Part shown: piece after piece, positions 36,426-45,787 of the stretch
Layout: each line of letters begins with the position of its first letter
Numbering within the stretch: the first letter of the stretch is position 1
Assembly (NCBI GenBank): GCA_041640035.1
Contig: JBEQBC010000001.1
Span: 1-64,000, forward strand
DNA: 64,000 nucleotides
Reading direction: 5' to 3'
Source: Candidatus Nanohaloarchaea archaeon
GTDB lineage: Archaea; Nanohalarchaeota; Nanosalinia; Nanosalinales; Nanosalinaceae
The notes under the pieces: generated by a model
Databases searched by the model: none
What the model was told of the DNA's origin: nothing
Seen by the model: the letters and a program-made list of their open reading frames with translations, nothing else
Position numbers and translations under genes: made by a program

Positions 36426-37384
36426 TGGTTTTCGATTATTTCCTGTATAACCTCGTCTTCATCCTTACCTTTCTTTTCTGCCTCGAAGCTTAGACCGATT
36501 CTATGTCTCAGTACAGGTTTTGCCATCTCCTCGATATCCTTGACGGATACATGGTTCCTGCCGTTCATCACCGCGTGTCCTTTCGCTGCTACAATCAGGT
36601 TAATCGACCCTCTTGGTGATGCACCGTACTTCAGGTCCTCACTTTCTCTAGTGGCTTTAACTATTGAAATCGCTTCATCTCGTATATCGTTCGCGACGGG
36701 TATCTGAAGTGTGAACTCCTGAAGCTTTCTCAAAGACTTCTTAGAAAGAATCGTATTCAGGTCAGGACTGTATTCAAGATCTTTGGTGAAACGGTCCACT
36801 ATCTTCTGCTCTTCACTCATAGAGGGATAGTCTAGGCTTAGTTTCATCATGAAGCGGTCTCTCTGAGCTTCTGGAAGTGGGTAGGTTCCTTCCTGTTCTA
36901 ATGGGTTCTGTGTTGCCATCAGGAAGAATGGTGTATCCAGTTTGTATGTGTCGTTTCCTACGGTTACCTGTTTCTCCTGCATAGCTTCTAGTAGAGCGGA
37001 CTGTGTCTTCGGTGTCGCACGGTTTATCTCGTCTGCTAATACAATGTTTGAGAAGATAGGTCCTTCTTGGAACTTGAACTCTGTGGTTTCTGAGTCCTCT
37101 TCGATGATCTGTGTTCCTGTGATATCGGAAGGCATGAGGTCCGGTGTGTTCTGTATACGGGCGAATTCAAGGCCCATAACCTGTGAGATCGTACGGATCA
37201 TCTTTGTCTTACCCATTCCCGGGTTAGACTCAAGAAGAACATTTCCGTCGCATAGAATACCGATCATAACCTTTTCGATGACATCTTCTTGCCCTACTAT
37301 GACTTTGCGGATCTCATTGATTATTTCCTGGGTTTTCTCGCTTGCTTTTTCATATTTCTCAGCATCACTGCTTTTAGCTTTCAT
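36422..37384 (-). CDS. moxR: MoxR family AAA+ ATPase
   Basis: LLES.PG.GKT, RIQ.TPDLMPSDITG, LADEINRA.PKTQSALLEAMQE, ATQNP.EQEGTYPLPEAQ.DRF and GASPR motifs. Confidence 0.95.
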   Translation of the reverse strand: MKAKSSDAEKYEKASEKTQEIINEIRKVIVGQEDVIEKVMIGILCDGNVLLESNPGMGKTKMIRTISQVMGLEFARIQNTPDLMPSDITGTQIIEEDSETTEFKFQEGPIFSNIVLADEINRATPKTQSALLEAMQEKQVTVGNDTYKLDTPFFLMATQNPLEQEGTYPLPEAQRDRFMMKLSLDYPSMSEEQKIVDRFTKDLEYSPDLNTILSKKSLRKLQEFTLQIPVANDIRDEAISIVKATRESEDLKYGASPRGSINLIVAAKGHAVMNGRNHVSVKDIEEMAKPVLRHRIGLSFEAEKKGKDEDEVIQEIIENQ

Positions 37385-37441
37385 CACAATTAAACAAGGT
37401 TTGTTTCAGAAATTTAAATCTCCGCAGTAACCGGTCAAAAC

Positions 37442-38197
37442 CTACTGTTCGATATCCTTGATCGCAAGGCTGTAATCCCTCGCGATACGGTAATTTATGC
37501 CTTCTTCGCCTCCAGACCTGAAAGCCAGATCGCCTTGATACTGTTCGCCAAGAGGCTTGAAACCTTGACCTTCCTGAGAGTTGTAACTGAAGCTGATCTC
37601 CCGTGACTGATAATCAAAGTCATCAGGCTCCCCCAAGACATCAGAGTTATCACCGAACTCAACTTCTGAAATTGAACCTGAACCGGAGCCATTCGATCCA
37701 TTATCTGCCAGTGAATCATCTACAGTGTTCTCAATATCCATATCATGTATAGTGGTTACTCCGCCTACGACCGTTGCGATACTCAGGAAACTTATAGCTA
37801 CCACTTTGGCAAGTATTCTCTGATTAGGGATTATACTCTCTGAACTGATTGTTCTGGCAGTATCCTTAACTTCATCGAAAAGCCTTTCGACAGGCACACT
37901 GTTCTTACCCAGGTTATCGTGCGCGGTTCTCAGTATCTCCGCTAATTCAGGATTCTCCTCCTCATATATGTCGATACTGTATCCTCTAGACCGGTAATAA
38001 CTGTCAACGCAGAAAAATATGAATGAGACTACTGCGATTACCACATAACCGGGGTAGGAAGTCGGAAGATCTATTCCTGCCAGTTTTATTATCAAATAGG
38101 TTATCTGAAAGAATATTATTCCGTCAAGAAATCCTTGAAGTATCTTTACCTTCAAGTACTCGCGTTTCAACTGTTTGAAAAGCTTCTCTACTCTCAT
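37442..38197 (-). CDS. Membrane protein of the archaeal MoxR/DUF58 cluster
   Basis: 3 TM with E..NPEL.E.LRTA.D motif; co-oriented upstream of moxR. Confidence 0.7.
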   Translation of the reverse strand: MRVEKLFKQLKREYLKVKILQGFLDGIIFFQITYLIIKLAGIDLPTSYPGYVVIAVVSFIFFCVDSYYRSRGYSIDIYEEENPELAEILRTAHDNLGKNSVPVERLFDEVKDTARTISSESIIPNQRILAKVVAISFLSIATVVGGVTTIHDMDIENTVDDSLADNGSNGSGSGSISEVEFGDNSDVLGEPDDFDYQSREISFSYNSQEGQGFKPLGEQYQGDLAFRSGGEEGINYRIARDYSLAIKDIEQ

Positions 38198-38628
38198 CTA
38201 TATCCCTGCTTCAGACACTGGTTCTCAGCAGAAGCTGTAAGATTATTAGCAGGTTTACAGACCTCTTCCAAACTGATATTCAAGCTGCTGGTTTCTTCCT
38301 CCAGACTTTCGACCTCTGAAGAGAGCGCCAGATTTTCCGATTCCAGATTATCTATACTTTCCTGTAGCTGTGTATTGTTGAACTCTGTAGCGTTCAAATC
38401 ATCTCTAACTGTTGTAAGCGAGTTATTCATCCTCTCTATTCTTTCCTGCAGCCTTGCGTTCTCTGTTTCCTGTTCCTCAACATCGTTTTGAAGCTGCTGA
38501 TTTCTACCGCTCAAATCACTGAGCTCTGCCTGATAAACAACAGATACCGCTACCAGAATACAGAGTACAAGCATCAACGATGTCAGAAGGAACGGGTTCA
38601 GTTTTCTCTTCAGTGCAGGTACAGCCAT
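38194..38628 (-). CDS. Single-TM coiled-coil protein
   Basis: N-terminal TM, long heptad repeat, C-terminal Cys pair; ATGA overlap with the next gene. Confidence 0.7.
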   Translation of the reverse strand: MAVPALKRKLNPFLLTSLMLVLCILVAVSVVYQAELSDLSGRNQQLQNDVEEQETENARLQERIERMNNSLTTVRDDLNATEFNNTQLQESIDNLESENLALSSEVESLEEETSSLNISLEEVCKPANNLTASAENQCLKQGYR

Positions 38629-38732
38629 TACTACAAAACATAATGACTCGCTCAGCTTTTTAATCATCTCCCGCCCCACAGACCCTGACTGAAATCCTTA
38701 AGTAGAATCAAAGACAATTACTAACCAGTCAT

Positions 38733-40361
38733 ATGTCAGAAGAGGATACCTGCAAATTCGGTCACACCTTCAAGATAGATGGAGACACACCGGAATATGA
38801 GACAGACGATGGAGAAACCATGAGTGTCAAAGAAGGCCTTGAGACCGGAGACCTTACTTCCCTAGAGGATGTTCAAGATGTAACCGGGACTTATTTTCTG
38901 AGACCTATACTAGGTGAACACTGGAAAAAGATCAAAGTATCCGGGTCACAAGGAGACGCCTTCACCATGGTTATGCCAGCAGCCGACAAGTTCGATGACG
39001 ACCTCGGCTACAATGTAGAAAAAACGGAGGAAAAGATATTCGTATCCCCACAGAGCTCCCTCCACGACGAGTTCATGAACCGGAGACAGCAGGCCGAGCA
39101 AAGGGTAAAATCCACTATGCAGGGTTTCTCCGAACTGATGAAGGAGAAACAGGTAATCGAACATGATATCAGAAAACTCCGTTCAAGAGTAGAGAACTTC
39201 GAATCAAGAGATGAAACCGTACTAAAAGCAGACTTCATAGAACTGGTTGACGGAGCAGGAGGAGGTCAACAAGGAGGAGACCGCGCCTCACTGAAATTCC
39301 TTAGAGACCAGAACATCTACCCGTCGATTGTAGCAGATTTCAACGAGATGGACGGAGTTGAAGATCTTGAAGAAGGCGGAAAACTAGATCACCTGCCTGA
39401 AAATGTGAAGGCCGTTCTAAAGAAGAAGTACACGATGTACGAGAAATGGAAAGACCTTTATGGAACCGAAGTCAGACGGAAACTGAATGAACTTAACTCA
39501 CAGCTCAAAGCCACTGAAAGAAAAATAGAAGAAACCAAAGACTGGCTTGAACCCTATGTACAGGACATGCAGATGATCAAACAGAAGGAAAGAGGAGATA
39601 GAACAGGCGAATTCAACAAATACTACACTTTCCAAGGATACTCCTCCATGGAAAGAAACCTTGAATTCATTTGCTATCAGCCTCTAGCCAAGGAGGAAGG
39701 AAGTCTAGTAGTTAATGAAGATGGAAAACATGAGACAACACATTACAGGATAGCCTACATTCACGGAGTACATATCAACCTGGCTAACCCGCAGCAGCCT
39801 CAATCACCTGCTGAAGGACCAGCGCCTGGAGTCGTATTCGTATTCCCTGTAATTGTTTGCAAACATGTTTTCAATAGGGTCTTCCAGAAGAAAATCGATA
39901 GAAGCGCAAACCTGTTTGAGGAAACGATGAGTGACTATGTAGGTGATATAGAGTCAGAGGAAGGAAAAACCCTGAAGGATAGCCGTCAAGCAAAGGATAT
40001 GTCGGTAAGAGAGCTCCGTGAGAAAATCGAGGAGGAGGAAGGCGAACAGGTAGAACTGGAACTATCCTCTAAAATCAGAAGAGTAGAAGATGGTATAGAC
40101 GATCCTGAGGTTTTAGAAGATCATCTAGAAACAATCGAAAACATACTTGATATCGAAGAAGGGCTTACACAGGATGATTCTGAGGATGAAACCCGTTACA
40201 CCGGTTTAGAGAAGCGTGCAAGACTTTTCATAGGCCAGACAGACGACTACTATCTCGGCGACACACTCGACGACGCATTTGGAAGTTTCAAGTATGAAGA
40301 GCTTATTTTCAGCTGGTATATTGACTTCAAAAAGGGTCAAGGACTTCACACGATGAAATAA
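38733..40361 (+). CDS. Hypothetical 542-aa coiled-coil protein with XRE-HTH-like segment
   Basis: Long acidic ORF with two heptad regions and LKDSR..K.MSVREL...SKIRRVEDG..DP; TAATG overlap with the next gene. Confidence 0.8.
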   Translation: MSEEDTCKFGHTFKIDGDTPEYETDDGETMSVKEGLETGDLTSLEDVQDVTGTYFLRPILGEHWKKIKVSGSQGDAFTMVMPAADKFDDDLGYNVEKTEEKIFVSPQSSLHDEFMNRRQQAEQRVKSTMQGFSELMKEKQVIEHDIRKLRSRVENFESRDETVLKADFIELVDGAGGGQQGGDRASLKFLRDQNIYPSIVADFNEMDGVEDLEEGGKLDHLPENVKAVLKKKYTMYEKWKDLYGTEVRRKLNELNSQLKATERKIEETKDWLEPYVQDMQMIKQKERGDRTGEFNKYYTFQGYSSMERNLEFICYQPLAKEEGSLVVNEDGKHETTHYRIAYIHGVHINLANPQQPQSPAEGPAPGVVFVFPVIVCKHVFNRVFQKKIDRSANLFEETMSDYVGDIESEEGKTLKDSRQAKDMSVRELREKIEEEEGEQVELELSSKIRRVEDGIDDPEVLEDHLETIENILDIEEGLTQDDSEDETRYTGLEKRARLFIGQTDDYYLGDTLDDAFGSFKYEELIFSWYIDFKKGQGLHTMK

Positions 40362-42904
40362 TGGCAGATCTAAGCTTCCTGATCGACAGCTTGAAAGAGA
40401 AACTCTCTAGAGAAGGAAAGGAGGACACAGATGAAGAAAAATTCCCGGATATGAACTATCTGGTCGGAAACACCTCAGGTATGGATGTATCTGCAGATAT
40501 ACCTTCTCCACTGGATCAGAGGATCGGAAGGATGGCACAGATCGGTGGAGAAATCATGGAGGTACAGCTAGCGAACCCTGCCACCTTCAAGATCGACCGT
40601 CCGGAACTCATGAATGTACTCAACCAGCTAGGTCTGGATATCAAACTGCACGCAGATCCTAACATCGGTTTCACAGGCGCCTACGCAACTCGGGGAGCAC
40701 AGGTGCAGGGATACACAGTTGTACATCGATACTTCAAAAGATACCTGGAACAGCTGGCCGGCTTTAAAGCTGATAAGGAGAGAAGATCAGAGGAAAAGGA
40801 TGGATTCAACTTTGATATCGGTTATGTGAATGTTCATGCCTCAACAGAACCAATTCCTGGATTGGAGGAGCAGATCGCATCGGATGTATCCGTAGACCCG
40901 TTCGGGAAGCCTGTAAAAGATGTTTATGCCGGTGATGAAGATGGAAAGAACATTTACCGGAACAAAAAGTTCATGGAGAACCTGTTCGACTACTTCCTAG
41001 ATGAGATGTTCGATAGGAAAAATATGTATCCAAGTTTCAGCAGATTTTCTACCAAGTTCAAAAAGAAGTGGAATGATAGCAAAGAGCAGGTTGCTAATAA
41101 TATTTTCACTTCTGATACAGATCTGCTCGCAGAGGATAGAGATATCTCCACGAGAAAAAAGATCAGATTAGTACAGAATGCAACCAGTAGAGATAGGGGA
41201 GTAGAAACTACATTCATGGAGGAGGCTCAAGATGAAAAGCTGGATAATCCTATTGAGTTTCAGACAGAGGTTCCAACCCAAGAGGACAATGATGAGACAA
41301 GAGAAGAAACTTCCGTCTATGAGAGTCTAGCTGAATTTATGAGTGCCTTATCTCAAGGCCCTTCGATCAGCAGTCTCGATGGATTTCTATATAAACTGCA
41401 GAATAATCCTCAATTACCTCCTAAAAAATACTTGGGAGGTCAGGATGTACCAGAAGAGATGCGTTATGAGCCTACTTCTGGCGAGGTAGCTAGAATTGAG
41501 GAACTGCTGAGAAGTGTTTTAAGATCAATATGGACAGGTGAAGATACACAGAACGACGGTAAAACCTTTTCTCTAAGTGCGAAGCAACATGCAATCTCGA
41601 ACACTCTGAATGATTTGAATAATGAAGAATTCGTAGATAAGGCTGATGATGAAGGAGTTAGAAAGGCAGCAAGAGCAGCTTTCTCAGGAGATGAAGAATA
41701 CTTTGATGATACAGATAATGATAATGTAGATTTGTTTCATGAACTGATTGAGAATACTAGGATACCTATTGGAAGAGAGATAGATAAAGAATCTGTAATG
41801 TTCTTCCATGTCCTTCCGGCCTGGATGCAGGTCGCAGATGAAGAATTTGAAGACCATAAAGGCTTCCCAAGCGCCAAATTTATCTGGGATCATGTGGTAG
41901 GTAACGGTTACGAGGGCTATGATGGCTTCAAAGGGAAAACTGAAGACGATAGAGAATTCCAGCTAGATGTCATTGCTGCAGTAGGCTGCTCATATATCTG
42001 GGGGCACTTCACACAATCCAGAGATAACTTCGAGATAAACGAGGAGAATTACAGAACCGGTGATATGTTCCTAGAAGAAAATGACGACTACACCTGGGCC
42101 CAGTGGATGAACAAGTTCGGACTCAAAGTTAACTTCGAAGCCATGTACGGAGATCCAGGAAGTCTTCTAAGAGTCTGGAGACCGAAGGATATCGCTATAG
42201 TCTGCCGTGCCATAAACATGACTGCAGAGAGAAATAGCAGTAACTGGGAAGAAGACTATCAGGGTGATATCGCCAAGTTCACTATCGATATGGAGCATAC
42301 CGCAAGCTTCGGAGTAGACCCATGGCCAGAGATGGAGGAACTGATCGAACAGGAGACAAAACTGGCCCAAGAAGGCTATGGAGTAGATGAGGACAAGCCT
42401 CTCGCAGATATCGTGAAAACATATCACCTGACAAAACCAGGATTTGAATCTTCACAGAGCCATAGACATGGCCCGTTCGCAAGAGGTGACAAAACTCTTT
42501 ACCGATGGCTTTACAGGATGGTGGAGGCAGGTTTCACACGCGTCGGAGAGGACGCCGATCCATCTGTAGTTATGTTCGAGGTCGGTGGAGAGTACGCAGA
42601 AGAGATGTTCGTTATACGCGTAGTTCTTGACATGATTAGACTGGGTATAGAACCAAAAGATGTCGATCCAAGCAAAGTCCCAATGGACGGAGAATATGAG
42701 AATGTCAAACAACAGCTTATAGCCCGTTTCTACGGTCTGGATCAGTCAAGGTTCAACCGTGAATGGGCGAAGATCGAAAGCCACGCATTTGACCCACTTG
42801 AAGGACTTCTTGAAGCCGAAGACTTCAACCATACATGGAGTGGAAGAGCAGCGCTTGAGAACGACATGCGGCCAGCAGAATGGAACCAGGAAGAGTTCAA
42901 ATAA
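40361..42904 (+). CDS. Xylose isomerase/endonuclease IV-like TIM barrel protein with very large insertion
   Basis: Ordered metal-ligand motifs LHADP, VHAS, NFEA, IDMEH, YHL, HRH and FEVG. Confidence 0.72.
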   Translation: MADLSFLIDSLKEKLSREGKEDTDEEKFPDMNYLVGNTSGMDVSADIPSPLDQRIGRMAQIGGEIMEVQLANPATFKIDRPELMNVLNQLGLDIKLHADPNIGFTGAYATRGAQVQGYTVVHRYFKRYLEQLAGFKADKERRSEEKDGFNFDIGYVNVHASTEPIPGLEEQIASDVSVDPFGKPVKDVYAGDEDGKNIYRNKKFMENLFDYFLDEMFDRKNMYPSFSRFSTKFKKKWNDSKEQVANNIFTSDTDLLAEDRDISTRKKIRLVQNATSRDRGVETTFMEEAQDEKLDNPIEFQTEVPTQEDNDETREETSVYESLAEFMSALSQGPSISSLDGFLYKLQNNPQLPPKKYLGGQDVPEEMRYEPTSGEVARIEELLRSVLRSIWTGEDTQNDGKTFSLSAKQHAISNTLNDLNNEEFVDKADDEGVRKAARAAFSGDEEYFDDTDNDNVDLFHELIENTRIPIGREIDKESVMFFHVLPAWMQVADEEFEDHKGFPSAKFIWDHVVGNGYEGYDGFKGKTEDDREFQLDVIAAVGCSYIWGHFTQSRDNFEINEENYRTGDMFLEENDDYTWAQWMNKFGLKVNFEAMYGDPGSLLRVWRPKDIAIVCRAINMTAERNSSNWEEDYQGDIAKFTIDMEHTASFGVDPWPEMEELIEQETKLAQEGYGVDEDKPLADIVKTYHLTKPGFESSQSHRHGPFARGDKTLYRWLYRMVEAGFTRVGEDADPSVVMFEVGGEYAEEMFVIRVVLDMIRLGIEPKDVDPSKVPMDGEYENVKQQLIARFYGLDQSRFNREWAKIESHAFDPLEGLLEAEDFNHTWSGRAALENDMRPAEWNQEEFK

Positions 42905-42996
42905 GCCAGTTATCCAGAGAGGTCGATTGCATGGGAACTTGGAAATTTTAAAAGGTTCCAAAACCCCTTCATAAGTATAAGGTAGGTACCAAAGCC

Positions 42997-44262
42997 ATGG
43001 TTTCTAAAGACAAGATGAAAGAGATGCGAGAGAAGTCGCAGGAAAGAAGAATGGAAGCGGCAGAAGAATTCTCGGACAAGCTAAACGAAAAACTAGGTGA
43101 CAAAGTAAAGGTAGTAGCAGTCTGGGGAAGCGTCTCCAAAGGAGAACACGGCTACGACAGCGATATAGACACACTTGTAATACTAGACGATACCAAACTG
43201 GAAAAAGATGTACCAGACGACGCCAAAGACAAGATAAGAAAGAAAGTAACCAACCTAGCCAAAGAAACCGACGACAGAATAACAATACAGTACTTCCCAT
43301 TTCTAACAGAATTCTGGGACTCACTGCGGAAAGGAGAGCCACTGGCAATCGAAGCAGTAAGACACGGACAACCAGTATACGATACAGGACTATTCATGCC
43401 TGCCAAAAGACTGCTGCAGAGAGGAAAAATCTCTGGAACACAGGAATCGGTCAAAAAACGACTGAAGACTGCCGCAGCAGGTTATAAGAAAGCAGAGAAG
43501 ACAGTAAGATCCTCAACGCCACATAAGCTCGAACAGGCAATGGCAAACGCCGGTCAGGGACCAATAATGCTTGCAGGAAAAGCTCCTCCAGGCAAGGAAA
43601 AAGTACCGGATGTCCTAGAGGAAATGTTTGTCGAAAAAGGTATGCTCGAACAGGAATATGTTGATATGGCCCGTGATATCTACGAGCTAGGAGATAAAGG
43701 AGAGAAGAACCCTGAAGAAGTCACAGGAGAAGAGCTTGAAGATGTACTTGACAAGACCGATGACTTTGTCCGCAGGATGCATAAACTCGTCTCACAGCTC
43801 TCAGCAGAGAGAAAAGTCAAAGGCATAGTAGACGACTACAAGAAGTTCCTCAAGGCGAATATCGCCGCGCTCAAATCACAGGGCGTCGAACCACCAGAAG
43901 ACAAGGACGACCTCCCTCAGGTAGTAGAGGAGAACCTTGATGTGGACGATGAGCATATCGAGATGTTTGACCGCTGGGAACATGTAGTCAGCAAGATCAA
44001 GGACAAGGAACTTGATGATGTAGATGAGAAAGAGATCTACGAGCTGAAGAACGAGTCACAGGACTTTGTATCAGATGTCGGAAAGGATATCCAGAAACTG
44101 AAGGACAAGAAGGCCAAGAACATGACTCCTCAGATGGATACGGACTCAATCGCCAAGGCAGCGAACACCGAAAAAGTAGTTCCAGACCTTGACAAAGAAG
44201 CTGAGAGAAAGGCTGAGGAAGAGATCGATGAGGACGAAGAACCTGAGGACAAACCTCAGTAA
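42997..44262 (+). CDS. Pol-beta/MNT nucleotidyltransferase fused to HEPN-like helical domains
   Basis: WGSVSKG.....SDIDTLVILDD, then G..VYD.G and an all-helical HEPN-like region. Confidence 0.82.
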   Translation: MVSKDKMKEMREKSQERRMEAAEEFSDKLNEKLGDKVKVVAVWGSVSKGEHGYDSDIDTLVILDDTKLEKDVPDDAKDKIRKKVTNLAKETDDRITIQYFPFLTEFWDSLRKGEPLAIEAVRHGQPVYDTGLFMPAKRLLQRGKISGTQESVKKRLKTAAAGYKKAEKTVRSSTPHKLEQAMANAGQGPIMLAGKAPPGKEKVPDVLEEMFVEKGMLEQEYVDMARDIYELGDKGEKNPEEVTGEELEDVLDKTDDFVRRMHKLVSQLSAERKVKGIVDDYKKFLKANIAALKSQGVEPPEDKDDLPQVVEENLDVDDEHIEMFDRWEHVVSKIKDKELDDVDEKEIYELKNESQDFVSDVGKDIQKLKDKKAKNMTPQMDTDSIAKAANTEKVVPDLDKEAERKAEEEIDEDEEPEDKPQ

Positions 44263-44279
44263 CTCTATTTTTTCTACTT

Positions 44280-44711
44280 TTAATTTTCATCAGGGAAAAG
44301 ATACTCTCTGATATGACTGTGCTCCAGCTTCCAGACTTTATCTTTTACTTCTGATTTCTTCACGAACTCCGGTTCACCTTCCCAGGAACCGTTTTTCTCA
44401 CCTTCGACTACCTGGGCCTCAAAGAAGACGGTGAAACCTCCATCGTTCGTACGGAGATCAAGCAGGTCATGTACTTCTATCTCAAAACCTGTTTCCTCAA
44501 GTACTTCCCGTTTTACAGCTTGTTTCGGGTCTTCTCCTGCCTTGATCAGACCGCCAGGCAGTTTGTACTCGCCATCAAGGTTCAGTACAAGTATGTCATC
44601 GTTTTCGCCGTGGACCAGTGCAGAGGCTGAAGGTGCGGACCAGAAAACACGGCTTAATAGCTTTGCTGCGTACTTTTCAGGGTACTTCTTAATGGTTTTT
44701 CCAAGGTTCAT
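44280..44711 (-). CDS. Nudix hydrolase
   Basis: LPGG.IK.GED...AVKREVLEETG Nudix box. Confidence 0.88.
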   Translation of the reverse strand: MNLGKTIKKYPEKYAAKLLSRVFWSAPSASALVHGENDDILVLNLDGEYKLPGGLIKAGEDPKQAVKREVLEETGFEIEVHDLLDLRTNDGGFTVFFEAQVVEGEKNGSWEGEPEFVKKSEVKDKVWKLEHSHIREYLFPDEN

Positions 44712-44738
44712 ATAACTTGAATTTACCAATTCAGGTTT

Positions 44739-45116
44739 ATGAGAGTACTATTTGTATGTGAAGGAAACAGGTTTCGCAGCATGATAGCAGAAGCATTCGC
44801 GAAAAGAGAAGGAATGGAAGCTGACTCAGCCGGCACAGAAGCCACAGGTCCGGTATTCGACGAAGTCAAACAGATGGTTCAAGAATACGACCTAGAGGAC
44901 TATGTAGATTACAACCCTGAACAGGTCTCACAGGATAAAGTAGATGAAGCAACCCGGATCGTCTGTATGACGGAGGATCAGGCAGAGTTCGTTCAGAAAA
45001 TCTACGGAGCCGACCCTGATAATGTAGAGGTCTGGGATTTTGAAGACAGAAGTCCGGAAGATGACCTAGGAGAAGTTATGGAAGGTATTTTCCAGAAAGT
45101 GTTGGAGATAAAATAA
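44739..45116 (+). CDS. LMW phosphatase / arsenate reductase family protein
   Basis: VLFVCEGNRFRS..AEA (CX5R) and SAGT motifs. Confidence 0.88.
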   Translation: MRVLFVCEGNRFRSMIAEAFAKREGMEADSAGTEATGPVFDEVKQMVQEYDLEDYVDYNPEQVSQDKVDEATRIVCMTEDQAEFVQKIYGADPDNVEVWDFEDRSPEDDLGEVMEGIFQKVLEIK

Positions 45117-45140
45117 GAATTAAAGGTATAGAAAGAGGAT

Positions 45141-45770
45141 TTAATCCTCTTCAGACATTTCTTTAACTTTCTTCATACGAAATGTTTCCTCTCGCTCGCT
45201 TTCCTCAAGTGTCTGGGACACATAGTCAAGTGAGTCCTGCATCTCTGGAATAACCTTGTGCTCCAAGGCATTCACTCGTCTTTTCGTCTTTTCAATTTCG
45301 TCAAGAAGTCTGAGGATCTTTGTCTGTGTCTCAGCTGCCTCGATAATCTTCTCCACCAGTTCCTCGTACTTGTCTGCTGTGGAGTCTATTCTTGAAGTGG
45401 CTGAGGTGATTCCGTACTCCCGTGAAAGGATATCGGTCCTGACTTTCTCTGAACTGATCTCAGGTACGACTACTCCCATGATGTTGGAGGTTGTGGACTC
45501 AACCAGTGGTTCCGAGCTGATTGACATTGCGTTGGATCTTACTGCGTCTTCTCCGTCGTATACTTTTGCCATCAGTAGTTTGAGCCGTGCCTGGCTGTAT
45601 AGATTGGCCAGTTCCTCGTTTACATCCTGAGCGTCGTCAATTACCTGCATGAATTCATGGATGAGGCCATCTCTCTTCTTCTCCAGGATTTCGTGGCCGT
45701 TCTCTGCCAGTTCGATTCTTTCCTTCAGTCTGAGTTCCTCGCTTCTTGTTGGGCTTACATCCTCAGCCAT
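45141..45770 (-). CDS. atpD: A-type ATP synthase subunit D
   Basis: PTRSE..RLK, LEKKRDGL and IEKTKRRVNALE motifs. Confidence 0.96.
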   Translation of the reverse strand: MAEDVSPTRSEELRLKERIELAENGHEILEKKRDGLIHEFMQVIDDAQDVNEELANLYSQARLKLLMAKVYDGEDAVRSNAMSISSEPLVESTTSNIMGVVVPEISSEKVRTDILSREYGITSATSRIDSTADKYEELVEKIIEAAETQTKILRLLDEIEKTKRRVNALEHKVIPEMQDSLDYVSQTLEESEREETFRMKKVKEMSEED

Positions 45771-45787
45771 GAATCAATTTTTCACCT

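Noticed and set aside
42997-44262. MNT-HEPN toxin-antitoxin locus
   Set aside because: It is a single long fusion without the HEPN RxxxxH motif and has no separate small toxin gene.
44712-44738. Only 27 bp between the divergent Nudix and LMW-phosphatase starts
   Set aside because: Explained by genome compaction and an uncertain Nudix start codon; no evidence of a functional link.
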